Origin: a virus
Length of the DNA: 27,555 nucleotides
Direction: 5' to 3' (one strand)
Virus record (IMG/VR): IMGVR_UViG_3300028628_000030
Coordinates: 1-27,555 of that record
The notes below the pieces were generated by a model that searched no databases, was not told where the DNA came from, and saw only the letters and a list, made by a program, of their open reading frames with translations. This document shows positions 13,759-21,606 of the stretch, in pieces. Made by a program: the position numbers and the translations under genes. The stretch's first letter is position 1. Each line of letters starts with the position of its first letter.

Positions 13759-14501
13759 GCCAGGTTCGCTACCCGCACCGGGCCACCAAGCGCCTCGACG
13801 ACCTCGAGCCGCTCAACGGCCCCCGGCTGCACGACCGGATCTACAACGACATCCTCGTCGCCGGGCTCGACTTCCGCCGGGACCAGGCCGAAGAGTGCCC
13901 GGGTGTCAAACTCCTCGGCACCCTCATGGACATCCACCAGGCCTACAGCGACGAAGCCGGCCCCTTCGGCGACATGTTCGGCGAGTGGCTCGAATGCAAC
14001 GGGCAGACCAGCGAGCGGAACGGCCAGTTCTTCACCCCGATCGACATCGTCGACATGATCGTGGAGATGACGTTCCAGGGCACCGACCTCAGCCGGAAGG
14101 CCCCGTGGACCATCAACGACCCCGCCTGCGGCACCGGGCGGTTCATGCTCCGGACCGCCCGCTACTTCGCCGGCAACAACCACGGGGCGCTCAACTTCCT
14201 CTTCACCAACGTCGACATCGACCGCCGGGCCTTCACGTTCTGCACGATGAATGCCGTCCTCAACGGCATCCCCGGGATCCACATCCACGGCGACACCCTC
14301 CGGGTGGAAGTCTGGGACGCCTTCGCCACGCTCCCGATCGGCCAGTTCGCCCTCTGGGAGCGCCTCCGGCCGGAGGTCGCCCGGGACCTCATCATCCAGT
14401 CTCTCAAGCCCCCGGCGGAGCAGCCTGCAAAGCCGGCACCCCTGCCTGCCCCGAAAGAGTCCGTGCAGGCCCGCCTCTTCCAGGACGGTGAGGCCGCATG
14501 A
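13755..14501 (+). CDS. N6-adenine DNA methyltransferase-like protein lacking an NPP(F/Y) motif
   Basis: GQFFTP, INDPACGTGRFML (SAM-binding), DID, GDTL present; no NPPY/F/W in the 248 aa. Confidence 0.7.
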   Translation: MSQVRYPHRATKRLDDLEPLNGPRLHDRIYNDILVAGLDFRRDQAEECPGVKLLGTLMDIHQAYSDEAGPFGDMFGEWLECNGQTSERNGQFFTPIDIVDMIVEMTFQGTDLSRKAPWTINDPACGTGRFMLRTARYFAGNNHGALNFLFTNVDIDRRAFTFCTMNAVLNGIPGIHIHGDTLRVEVWDAFATLPIGQFALWERLRPEVARDLIIQSLKPPAEQPAKPAPLPAPKESVQARLFQDGEAA

Positions 14502-14893
14502 TCGCCGAGCAGGCCCCGGCCGCAGCGGCCCCCTCAGCCCCCTCGTTCCTCGAGCAGATCGCTCACGACCTCCTCGCCTGGGAGCGTGCGGAAGGCCTGG
14601 AGGTCCTGCAGATCTGGCTGAACGGATGGGGGATCTGGTGCCTCGACTGGCGAAAACCGGCCGGTAAGGGCTCCAGGGACCGCCACGAGTACGGCCGCGT
14701 CTATGGGACGGACATGGATGACCGATATCGCCGCCTGGTCGCGGACCTGATCGACGCCGGCAACCTTGCCGGGCTCCAGGTCACCCACGTGGCCAAACCC
14801 CTCGAGCCGGCAGGCACCCTGCTCGTCTGGGGAGCAGACGCAGCCGGCCGGCTGCAGCACCGCAAGATGACCATCTCAACAAAGGAGGACTGA
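14498..14893 (+). CDS. Hypothetical protein
   Basis: GGTGAGG RBS, ATGA overlap. Confidence 0.7.
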   Translation: MIAEQAPAAAAPSAPSFLEQIAHDLLAWERAEGLEVLQIWLNGWGIWCLDWRKPAGKGSRDRHEYGRVYGTDMDDRYRRLVADLIDAGNLAGLQVTHVAKPLEPAGTLLVWGADAAGRLQHRKMTISTKED

Positions 14894-14895
14894 TT

Positions 14896-15369
14896 ATGGA
14901 TATCACACTGAACCTCACAAATGGAAACCAGGAAACACACAAAAACGCGAAATTCGACCCCTTCGAGCACCACTGGATAACCTTCTCGCCCCGGTCCGGG
15001 CCGATGAAAGGAGAGAAGATCTCCGTCAACCTGAAAGCCTACTCAGTGCAGCGGCCGACGGAGAAAGGCCCCCGGGTGACCGACGCGATCGAGAGCATCA
15101 CCATCGGCAAGAACACCCCCCGCGGCGACTGCCGGACCTGTGCCGTCGATGCCACCCTCACCGCCCTCCAGGCCGAGGTGCAGCGGCTGCAGGCAGCGCA
15201 GGACAACCCTGCTCAGCCCGTCACCGACGCCCTGAAGAAGATGCGGCAGATCGTCCGGAACATCCAGGACGACCCGGACGGCCCCCACACCTCGCAGGCC
15301 GACGACCTGGCCGGGCTGCTCGACACCATCGAGCGAACCCTTCCCCAGCGCAACAGAGGTGACGCATGA
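14896..15369 (+). CDS. Hypothetical protein (CxxC, coiled coil)
   Basis: GGAGGA RBS; CRTC followed by a heptad segment. Confidence 0.7.
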   Translation: MDITLNLTNGNQETHKNAKFDPFEHHWITFSPRSGPMKGEKISVNLKAYSVQRPTEKGPRVTDAIESITIGKNTPRGDCRTCAVDATLTALQAEVQRLQAAQDNPAQPVTDALKKMRQIVRNIQDDPDGPHTSQADDLAGLLDTIERTLPQRNRGDA

Positions 15370-15788
15370 ACACACCCTCCGAGCCCCCGCAGCAGAAGAA
15401 GCGAGGCGGCCGGCCTCCCGGCCCCGTGACCCGGGAACGAGCCATGCAAGCGATATCGCTCCTGCAGCGATCCGACCTCACCCCCGAGGAGATCTCCCGG
15501 CACCTCCTCCCCCCGGCGCCGCCCAGAGCCCCGGAAGACCTCTGGGCCGAGCTGCAGCGGACCGGTGCCATCCCTGCCAGCATGGCCCTGCAGGACCTCG
15601 CCGCCCCTCGGCCGGCCGGCTCACCATCCAGGATCCTGGTCGAGCTCGCCCCGCTCGATGACGGCGTCAACCCGGTCGAACTCCTCATCTACCTTCCGGA
15701 CGCGATCCGGACCTGTGCCGCTGCCCTGGTAGGCATCCAGGGAGAGATGCGCGAGTTGACGAAGGCCGTGCGGGAGGCCTCTTCATGA
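15366..15788 (+). CDS. Hypothetical protein, possible AT-hook/HTH N-terminus
   Basis: KKRGGRPPG followed by LTPEEISRHL; ATGA overlaps. Confidence 0.65.
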   Translation: MNTPSEPPQQKKRGGRPPGPVTRERAMQAISLLQRSDLTPEEISRHLLPPAPPRAPEDLWAELQRTGAIPASMALQDLAAPRPAGSPSRILVELAPLDDGVNPVELLIYLPDAIRTCAAALVGIQGEMRELTKAVREASS

Positions 15789-16138
15789 AGCCGACCCTCG
15801 CCCTCGACTTCGACGGCGTCCTGCACCAGTACACAGGGTTCCGCGGCGACACCATCATCGACGGGGGTCCGGTCCCCGGCGCCGTCGAGTTCGTCCAGGC
15901 AGCCCAGGAGAACTTCGACGTCGTCATCCACTCCGCCCGGGCAAAGACCAGGTTCGGCCGGCGGGCCATGCAGGCCTGGCTCAAGGAGAACGGGTTCCCC
16001 TTCCTCGAAATCGCTGCCGAAAAACCGCCGGCACACGTCACCCTGGACGACCGGGCGCTCTGCTTCACCGGCACCTTCCCGGACCCCGACGCCCTGCTAC
16101 AGTTCCGCCCGTGGTGGAAGCAGCTGGAGGCGGTCTGA
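15785..16138 (+). CDS. HAD-superfamily phosphatase
   Basis: LALDFDGVLH (motif I), IHSAR (II), KPPAHVTLDDRA (III/IV). Confidence 0.8.
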   Translation: MKPTLALDFDGVLHQYTGFRGDTIIDGGPVPGAVEFVQAAQENFDVVIHSARAKTRFGRRAMQAWLKENGFPFLEIAAEKPPAHVTLDDRALCFTGTFPDPDALLQFRPWWKQLEAV

Positions 16139-16359
16139 TGCCCGGCCTCGCCTCCATCTGTGCCGTTGACCGGGACTACGTCCTGGTCATCGAGCGAGCC
16201 CTCAAGGCCGCCGACATCACACCCACGTTCACCCCCGACGTCGACCGGTCCACCCACTACATCGTCCAGGTCGCCCAGGAGGACGTCGACCGGGCATCCA
16301 CAGCCCTGAAAGAGTACGGCGCTTTCGTGCCCCTGGAGGAGAAGGCCCATGCCGAATAA
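16138..16359 (+). CDS. Hypothetical protein
   Basis: TGATG coupling with GGAGG RBS. Confidence 0.65.
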   Translation: MPGLASICAVDRDYVLVIERALKAADITPTFTPDVDRSTHYIVQVAQEDVDRASTALKEYGAFVPLEEKAHAE

Positions 16360-16765
16360 ACTCTACGAACGTGGCTACCGTGCCGAACTCAAGGCCGTCC
16401 GGATCCTGCAGGCGCTATCCTACTGGACGGAGCGCAACCACGCCTCGAAGGGCACGTTCGACATCGTCGCCAGCAGCGCAGACGAGACGCTCTTCATCCA
16501 GGTGAAGAGGACGAAGACGCCCATCACATCGATCGCGGCCGTCTACAGGGTGAACAAGAAAGACATCACGCGGATGCAGGCCGTTCCCCACCCGGAAACG
16601 ACCCGGGTCGAGCTCTGGGTCTACGTCGACCGGCAGCCCGGCAGCGTGACCGGCACCTGGCACCGGTATACCGTCACCGCGAGCGGCCTGCTGGAGATCC
16701 CCATGGTGCCGCTGCCGGCCAAGAAGAAGCCCGGCCGGAAACCCGGGGAGGGTGCACCATGCTAG
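16349..16765 (+). CDS. Holliday junction resolvase, archaeal Hjc-like PD-(D/E)xK
   Basis: YERGYRAELKA..IL, FDIVA, LFIQVKR match the Hjc motif order (Q in place of E). Confidence 0.7.
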   Translation: MPNKLYERGYRAELKAVRILQALSYWTERNHASKGTFDIVASSADETLFIQVKRTKTPITSIAAVYRVNKKDITRMQAVPHPETTRVELWVYVDRQPGSVTGTWHRYTVTASGLLEIPMVPLPAKKKPGRKPGEGAPC

Positions 16766-16995
16766 ACCTCCTACAGGCCCCGGCCGTCATCCTCGGTATC
16801 GTCGGAGCTCTCTTCGTCTCCGGCTACTCGCTCAAGTCCCGGCGGATCGGGTTCATCATCTGGATCCTCGGCAACGCCCTCTGGGTGAGCTGGGGCCTCT
16901 GGACCGGCAACCTCTACGTCGCTATCATGTTTGGATTCTACTGGCTGACGGCCTGCCTGGGCCTGAGCAACACGCTCCGGAGGGCTGCCGCATGA
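16759..16995 (+). CDS. Small multi-pass membrane protein
   Basis: Three hydrophobic segments; GFIIWILGNALW pattern. Confidence 0.7.
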   Translation: MLDLLQAPAVILGIVGALFVSGYSLKSRRIGFIIWILGNALWVSWGLWTGNLYVAIMFGFYWLTACLGLSNTLRRAAA

Positions 16996-17393
16996 TCCCC
17001 GGAGTTGCTGATCCTCTCCGGGTGGCGGCCAGCCTCGTCGGGCTCGACGGCATCCTCCGGGTGAACCGGTCGCCCCTCTCCTCACCGTTCTACCGGAAGG
17101 CCGTCCGCTACCTGGAAGAGACCGAAGCCTGGCCCGAGTACCTGCTGATGATCCGCGAGGACCAGGTCGAGCGGGTCCGGGAGACGCTGGCACAGCGGGA
17201 GGAAGATGCCCCGGAGATCGACGTCCTGGGATCCGACGATATCGTCGAAGGGGAAGCCGCCCTCCTCAGGGTCACCGAGGTCCTCGTCACGGCGATGCGA
17301 GCCAACCTCTGGTGCCCTCGTCGGACCGTAGTGGAGACGTGCACGCGGGATGTCAAGGCTGGCGAGCTGCTGCAGCGGGGCGATCTCCTATGA
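16992..17393 (+). CDS. Hypothetical protein
   Basis: ATGA overlap; C-terminal part of track ORF 16752..17393. Confidence 0.65.
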   Translation: MIPGVADPLRVAASLVGLDGILRVNRSPLSSPFYRKAVRYLEETEAWPEYLLMIREDQVERVRETLAQREEDAPEIDVLGSDDIVEGEAALLRVTEVLVTAMRANLWCPRRTVVETCTRDVKAGELLQRGDLL

Positions 17394-17596
17394 CCCGCAC
17401 GGAAAAGCCCCTCATCATCGTCCTGACGCCGACGGAGCGGAAGCGCCTCCGGCCGGTCCTCGAGGGGGAAGGCATCGACACCCGGAGCCCGACGGCCATC
17501 AAGAACTGGCTGCTCGACCAGGCAGGCATCGAGCCGAAGGAGGACTGCCGATACCGGAACCTTGCCCAGGACCTGTGCGGGGGCGAGCGGCCGTGA
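17390..17596 (+). CDS. Small putative DNA-binding protein (RHH-like)
   Basis: ATGA overlap; beta-strand (LIIVL) followed by two helices. Confidence 0.55.
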   Translation: MTRTEKPLIIVLTPTERKRLRPVLEGEGIDTRSPTAIKNWLLDQAGIEPKEDCRYRNLAQDLCGGERP

Positions 17597-17826
17597 CCTG
17601 GCAGTGTGCCATCTGCGGCGTAGATATCCCTCCCGTCACCGATGCAGAACTTGAGGATCAGAGCTACTACCTTCTTGATTTTCCTGAGGGAATACGGATT
17701 GTCTGCCCTAAGCATGGCGTCGAAGAAACGTGCGCCTACATCGCGGTAGAGTCCAAAAAAGCCGGGCACTCCACAATACGGCCCTTAATGTCCATGTACA
17801 AGGTCCTTGAACGGAGGAACCCATGA
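17593..17826 (+). CDS. Zn-finger protein (CAIC...CPKH)
   Basis: GTGA overlap; lower GC than flanks. Confidence 0.65.
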   Translation: MTWQCAICGVDIPPVTDAELEDQSYYLLDFPEGIRIVCPKHGVEETCAYIAVESKKAGHSTIRPLMSMYKVLERRNP

Positions 17827-18050
17827 CCCGGCAGTGCGTCATCTGCGGGACCCCTCTACCCGTCGGACTGAACATAGATGGCCTGACTGACCTCGGCTGG
17901 TGTGCCCTGCAGGAAGGCCGGGGCCCGCGGCACTACTTCTGCTCGAACCACTCTGCAAAAGAGGTCGTTGCCTGGTTTGTAGAGGACAGCAAGACCGGGC
18001 AGATCCTGCGAGGCGAGGTGCCCCGGCGGATCGGGGGCGCACGGCCATGA
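17823..18050 (+). CDS. Zn-finger protein (CVIC...FCSNH)
   Basis: GGAGG RBS, ATGA overlap. Confidence 0.65.
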   Translation: MTRQCVICGTPLPVGLNIDGLTDLGWCALQEGRGPRHYFCSNHSAKEVVAWFVEDSKTGQILRGEVPRRIGGARP

Positions 18051-18316
18051 CCTATCCGATCACCTGCCCAGGGTGTGGCAGTCACCGGGTATCGGTCGAG
18101 AACTTCTGGGCAGACTATGGTTATACGATCCCAATCCCTGGCCGAGAGGACCGCGGCCCGGCAGTCAAGGGGGCATGGTTCACCTGTTGGTGTCAGGATT
18201 GCCGAGTAGGGTTCGAAGTTCGAGCAACTGGGTTTGAGGCATCCATCGGATCCACCATGCCGGAGAGTGCCGCGAAAGACGCCGAATACTCTATATCAGA
18301 GGGTGAGCGGCCGTGA
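18047..18316 (+). CDS. Zn-ribbon protein (CPGC...CQDC)
   Basis: ATGA overlap; two CxxC pairs. Confidence 0.65.
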   Translation: MTYPITCPGCGSHRVSVENFWADYGYTIPIPGREDRGPAVKGAWFTCWCQDCRVGFEVRATGFEASIGSTMPESAAKDAEYSISEGERP

Positions 18317-18492
18317 AACCACCTCTCCAACCACTCCAGATCCGACCATGCGGCACGGCTCCCGGCACCACTCGCCTCAACGACACGGTCCGAGATCGGG
18401 TGCTATTCTGGCTTGGGATGGCTGTGATCACTCTTGGGGGAGCCGGGGTGTTAGTGGGTATTTGGATCGGGTTCGCGAGGTGCTGCCTATGA
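18313..18492 (+). CDS. Single-pass membrane microprotein (59 aa)
   Basis: GTGA and ATGA overlaps fill the gap; hydrophobic VLFWLGMAVITLGGAGVLVGIWIGFA. Manual translation. Confidence 0.6.
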   Translation: MKPPLQPLQIRPCGTAPGTTRLNDTVRDRVLFWLGMAVITLGGAGVLVGIWIGFARCCL

Positions 18493-18992
18493 CTCAATCC
18501 TCCCTCTTCCAGTACATCCTCCCCACCGCCGGCCCGGACGCCCATCCCCTCTACCAGATGACCTCTCGGGAGTGGAGGGACCGCATCGCCGCCGCGAGGA
18601 TCCCGCACGCCATCAAATCCCCCAGGGTCGAGATCTCGAACGAGAATTTCCACCCGCCCGGCGCCGATCACCTGCTGGCGTTCTTCTATTGCCAGGTCGA
18701 CCGGATAGGCGACGACGACGGCTGGAGCCGGGACGACGACGAGATCCGCTACCCCGACATTATGGTGGCACTCTACGCGATCACCGCCGATCTCATCGCC
18801 GACGGGTGGGGGATCGAGCATTGCGACATCATGGGACGAGGCCGGCCGAGCGGGAAACTCGACCCTCGAATCATCGCCATGCGGTGGCACGAAGGCCGTG
18901 TCGTTGACTCGTCCAGATGGCGCCACATCACGGACCCCAACGAGCCGAAGTTCAACGACAAAGTGCCGCTCCGGTGCGGAGGGAAAGCATGA
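18489..18992 (+). CDS. Hypothetical protein
   Basis: GAGGTG RBS, ATG 18489 (MTQSSLFQY...); C-terminal part of track ORF 18234..18992. Confidence 0.65.
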   Translation: MTQSSLFQYILPTAGPDAHPLYQMTSREWRDRIAAARIPHAIKSPRVEISNENFHPPGADHLLAFFYCQVDRIGDDDGWSRDDDEIRYPDIMVALYAITADLIADGWGIEHCDIMGRGRPSGKLDPRIIAMRWHEGRVVDSSRWRHITDPNEPKFNDKVPLRCGGKA

Positions 18993-19192
18993 TCGACACC
19001 GTTGACAAGCCCAAGAACCACTATGCGCTCTGGGGGGCACTCTTCGGCGGACTCATAGCCTGGTGCCTGCTCTTCCTTGTTGCCTTTCTGTACGTGAAAG
19101 AGGCCGAATGGTCTTACTATGCATACCTGGCAGTTATCGTCATCGTAGCATATTGCCTCGGGGAGGTCTCAAAAGAGGAGGCGAAGGCATGA
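18989..19192 (+). CDS. Two-TM membrane microprotein
   Basis: ATGA overlap; two hydrophobic helices. Confidence 0.65.
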   Translation: MIDTVDKPKNHYALWGALFGGLIAWCLLFLVAFLYVKEAEWSYYAYLAVIVIVAYCLGEVSKEEAKA

Positions 19193-19350
19193 TCTACCGA
19201 CGGGAAGACGACCTCCTCTTCCGCCGGACCCTCCTCGGCTACCGCACGGAAGCGCAGGCGGTCGCTGCAGCGAAGGAGGCTTGGCGGGAAGGGTCCGCTG
19301 TCCGGGTCGAGCAGGGCCGGCGCCGGTGGCATGTCTGGAGGTCGGTCTGA
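19189..19350 (+). CDS. Hypothetical protein (53 aa)
   Basis: GAGGAGG RBS, ATGA overlap. Confidence 0.6.
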   Translation: MIYRREDDLLFRRTLLGYRTEAQAVAAAKEAWREGSAVRVEQGRRRWHVWRSV

Positions 19351-19408
19351 TGGTCAAGATTAAAACCAACAAGAGCAAGAAAAGAATAGGTGTGCGGGAG
19401 GAGTGAGT

Positions 19409-19735
19409 ATGACAACTATTTCTAAAGCAGAACTTGAACCAATTTTGAAATTCATGCGCGATACACCGATGGAAGATTGGCCGCTGTCGTTTATTGTCGC
19501 GCCGGAGAACAAGGTCGAAGCCATCATGGCTCAACATAGAATGTTGGCGCATGAGAATAACCTCGCCGATGAGGACAGCCAGAGAGCAGTTGTAATCTTG
19601 AGATCTCCAGATCTAGAAGAACCCGTGATGCTCAAGACTGATGAAGTATTCGCCAAATGTGGTTCAGCATACTTTGAGAACAAGATCTCAAGATTCAGGC
19701 AGGTTCTCAGAGAAGGCAAGAGGACGAGGGAATGA
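19409..19735 (+). CDS. Hypothetical protein (lower GC)
   Basis: GGAGGAG RBS, ATG 19409. Confidence 0.65.
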   Translation: MTTISKAELEPILKFMRDTPMEDWPLSFIVAPENKVEAIMAQHRMLAHENNLADEDSQRAVVILRSPDLEEPVMLKTDEVFAKCGSAYFENKISRFRQVLREGKRTRE

Positions 19736-20130
19736 GCGAAAACAAAGCAACGATGGGTATGATAGACAGCCTGAGCCAAAATGTTCAGGATATGGTGACT
19801 CCCCAGGACTTCTTGGAGTTACTCTACGAGAGAGCCGGGATGACCCTCCCTCAGTACTTCCGCTGCTCCGATCTCCCGGTCAAGTCCGTGCCCTCGCCCC
19901 TCGAAGACATCCGCCGGGCGGTCAAGGAGCTCGCGGAGATCGGAAACCCTCCCCCCCCGGACCGGCTCGTCATCCGCCACCACCCGGACGATACCGAGGC
20001 CGCCCGGGCCCTCGTCGCAGGGATGGAGCCGTGGCGCTACCACCTGGCCGAAACGGAGGAAGTCCCGAAAGGCGACCCGGAGATCTTCGTCATCGACCAC
20101 ATGCCCAGCGGAGGCCGCCGGCTATGGTGA
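19732..20130 (+). CDS. Hypothetical protein
   Basis: ATGA overlap. Confidence 0.65.
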   Translation: MSENKATMGMIDSLSQNVQDMVTPQDFLELLYERAGMTLPQYFRCSDLPVKSVPSPLEDIRRAVKELAEIGNPPPPDRLVIRHHPDDTEAARALVAGMEPWRYHLAETEEVPKGDPEIFVIDHMPSGGRRLW

Positions 20131-20438
20131 GTCAAATACCCCAAGATAAGAAAATCTTGAATGCGATCCGCAAGGAACTGATCGAGGTCGGGAATAAGTC
20201 CCAGGGGTGGATCAAACCAACCGGCATCCGACTACACCCCAAGACCTGTAGGGCCCTGATGTTGGAACTCGATGACATGCTCTGTTCCCCACCACCTCTC
20301 GGAGAGAAGGCAACAGTCTTTGGTATCCCAGTCACTGAAGACGAGAATCTCGAATATCCGGCATATTTAGAGATTCCAAACGGTCAAAAAAGGTTTACGC
20401 TCCACGCGATCCCCCTGGATCCGGAGGGGCTGGTCTAA
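20124..20438 (+). CDS. Hypothetical protein (lower GC), last gene of early operon
   Basis: GGAGG RBS, ATG 20124 (MVSQIPQDKK...). Confidence 0.6.
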   Translation: MVSQIPQDKKILNAIRKELIEVGNKSQGWIKPTGIRLHPKTCRALMLELDDMLCSPPPLGEKATVFGIPVTEDENLEYPAYLEIPNGQKRFTLHAIPLDPEGLV

Positions 20439-20617
20439 ACCCCTGACCCCTCACTCTTCTCGATGACAAGGCGGCCCTTGTCGATCGTCACCGTGACCTC
20501 TTCGCCATCGGCGAAGGGGAAGCGGTCATCTCCTGCCACGTCGGCCGGGATCGACACATACCGGGTACGCGCCCGGTCCGATAACCTGATGATCTTGCCC
20601 TTTCCTTCGTTTGACAT
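20435..20617 (-). CDS. AbrB/MazE/SpoVT-type swapped-hairpin DNA-binding protein (60 aa)
   Basis: MSNEGKGKIIRLSDRARTRYVSIPADVAGDDRFPFADGEEVTVTIDKGRLVIEK matches the AbrB-fold pattern; the only convincing minus-strand gene; ATG next to the AT island. Confidence 0.75.
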   Translation of the reverse strand: MSNEGKGKIIRLSDRARTRYVSIPADVAGDDRFPFADGEEVTVTIDKGRLVIEKSEGSGV

Positions 20618-20704
20618 GATAAGTATATTGGTTAGTAAAGTATATATGCTTATAGGTATACTTAGTATTGTAATAAGTGATATACTAAAACAAAGGTGGT
20701 AAAC
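20618..20704. promoter_or_regulatory. AT-rich divergent promoter/operator region
   Basis: 87-bp AT island between divergent genes; AAGTATAT at 20621 and 20638, inverted GTATACTT 20656 and ATATACT 20680. Confidence 0.7.
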
Positions 20705-21106
20705 ATGCAGCAGTTTGTTAAGGCAGGAAGAATCGTCAAGGACCGGCACGCCCTCAAGGTGGAGCTGGACGGCAGGAACGGACTGGGCGACCTGGTGATC
20801 GGTGCGGCAGCGGTTCCGGAGCTCTTGAGCGGCCGGCGGGTAGAGATCAACTTCGTGCAGTGCCGGACCCCTGACCGGGTATTCATCGGGTACTCCGGCG
20901 AGGCCTGGCTCTCCCGGTCCGGGCGGGCAGTCACCCTCCGGATCGAAGGACAGACCTACACCAGCCCGATCGCACAGGTGCGGCAGGTTGCAGCCGGCAC
21001 CCGGGCGAGTGCCCTGCTCTCCCGGCCCGTCTCCTGTCCGGTGATCGACGCGGACGCGGTGCAGGCCCGACCGATAGATGCCGGACTCATCCGAGGAGGG
21101 TTCTGA
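20705..21106 (+). CDS. Hypothetical protein
   Basis: GGTGG RBS, ATG 20705. Confidence 0.7.
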   Translation: MQQFVKAGRIVKDRHALKVELDGRNGLGDLVIGAAAVPELLSGRRVEINFVQCRTPDRVFIGYSGEAWLSRSGRAVTLRIEGQTYTSPIAQVRQVAAGTRASALLSRPVSCPVIDADAVQARPIDAGLIRGGF

Positions 21107-21107
21107 G

Positions 21108-21476
21108 ATGGACCCAATCCCCGAGGACATCCAGCGGCAACTGGAGCGGTTCATCCAGGAGGACCTCAACGGCGCGGTCGTGACGAGCGCCACGGTCAAT
21201 GTGGATGAGCACGGTCGGATCGAGATCGAAGAACTGATCCTCCGCCGGCAGGACCGGAAAGAAGTCTCGCTCGGGCTCGCCGGCATGCGCCCGGACGGCA
21301 CCCGCCGGGAGCCGGCGATCGTGATAGACATTTACGATACCCCGAAGCCGCGCCGCTCGTGGACGATCGGCGGCTGGCGGGAGATGACGATCGCAGAGCA
21401 CTATGCAGAGGACCTGGCGGAGCTGACCGCCCCACTCTGCCCCCCCGACCCGCCGGAGCCGTGGGACCGCGAATAA
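21108..21476 (+). CDS. Hypothetical protein
   Basis: GAGGAGG RBS, ATG 21108. Confidence 0.65.
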   Translation: MDPIPEDIQRQLERFIQEDLNGAVVTSATVNVDEHGRIEIEELILRRQDRKEVSLGLAGMRPDGTRREPAIVIDIYDTPKPRRSWTIGGWREMTIAEHYAEDLAELTAPLCPPDPPEPWDRE

Positions 21477-21480
21477 GGCA

Positions 21481-21606
21481 CATCCGATCACATCCGATCA
21501 CCTTTGTGCCTCGCCACGCCCCAAGAATCGCCCCGAAACGCGGCCGAACCCCCGACCCTCCTTTTTAACGCCCCCCCTCAAATCCGATCAAGTGATCGGA
21601 TCCGAT
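21481..21606. repeat. ATCCGATCA direct and inverted repeats upstream of terminase small subunit
   Basis: CATCCGATCA x2 (21481-21500); ATCCGATCA-AG-TGATCGGAT inverted repeat (21582-21601); ATCCGAT overlapping the ATG. Confidence 0.75.
21552..21567 (+). promoter_or_regulatory. Late-promoter-like motif (CCGACCCTCC-TTTTT-A)
   Basis: Matches the recurring motif; ATG 21605 lies 38 nt after the A. Confidence 0.6.

Noticed and set aside
9452-19352. Recurrent GGTCTG(A)ATG junctions (9452, 9671, 16132, 19344)
   Set aside because: Explained well enough by RBS + stop + start constraints; too short to claim a recombination motif.
19350-19406. 18-aa basic peptide MVKIKTNKSKKRIGVREE
   Set aside because: It fits the coupling pattern (TGATG) but is too short to support without homologs or expression data.
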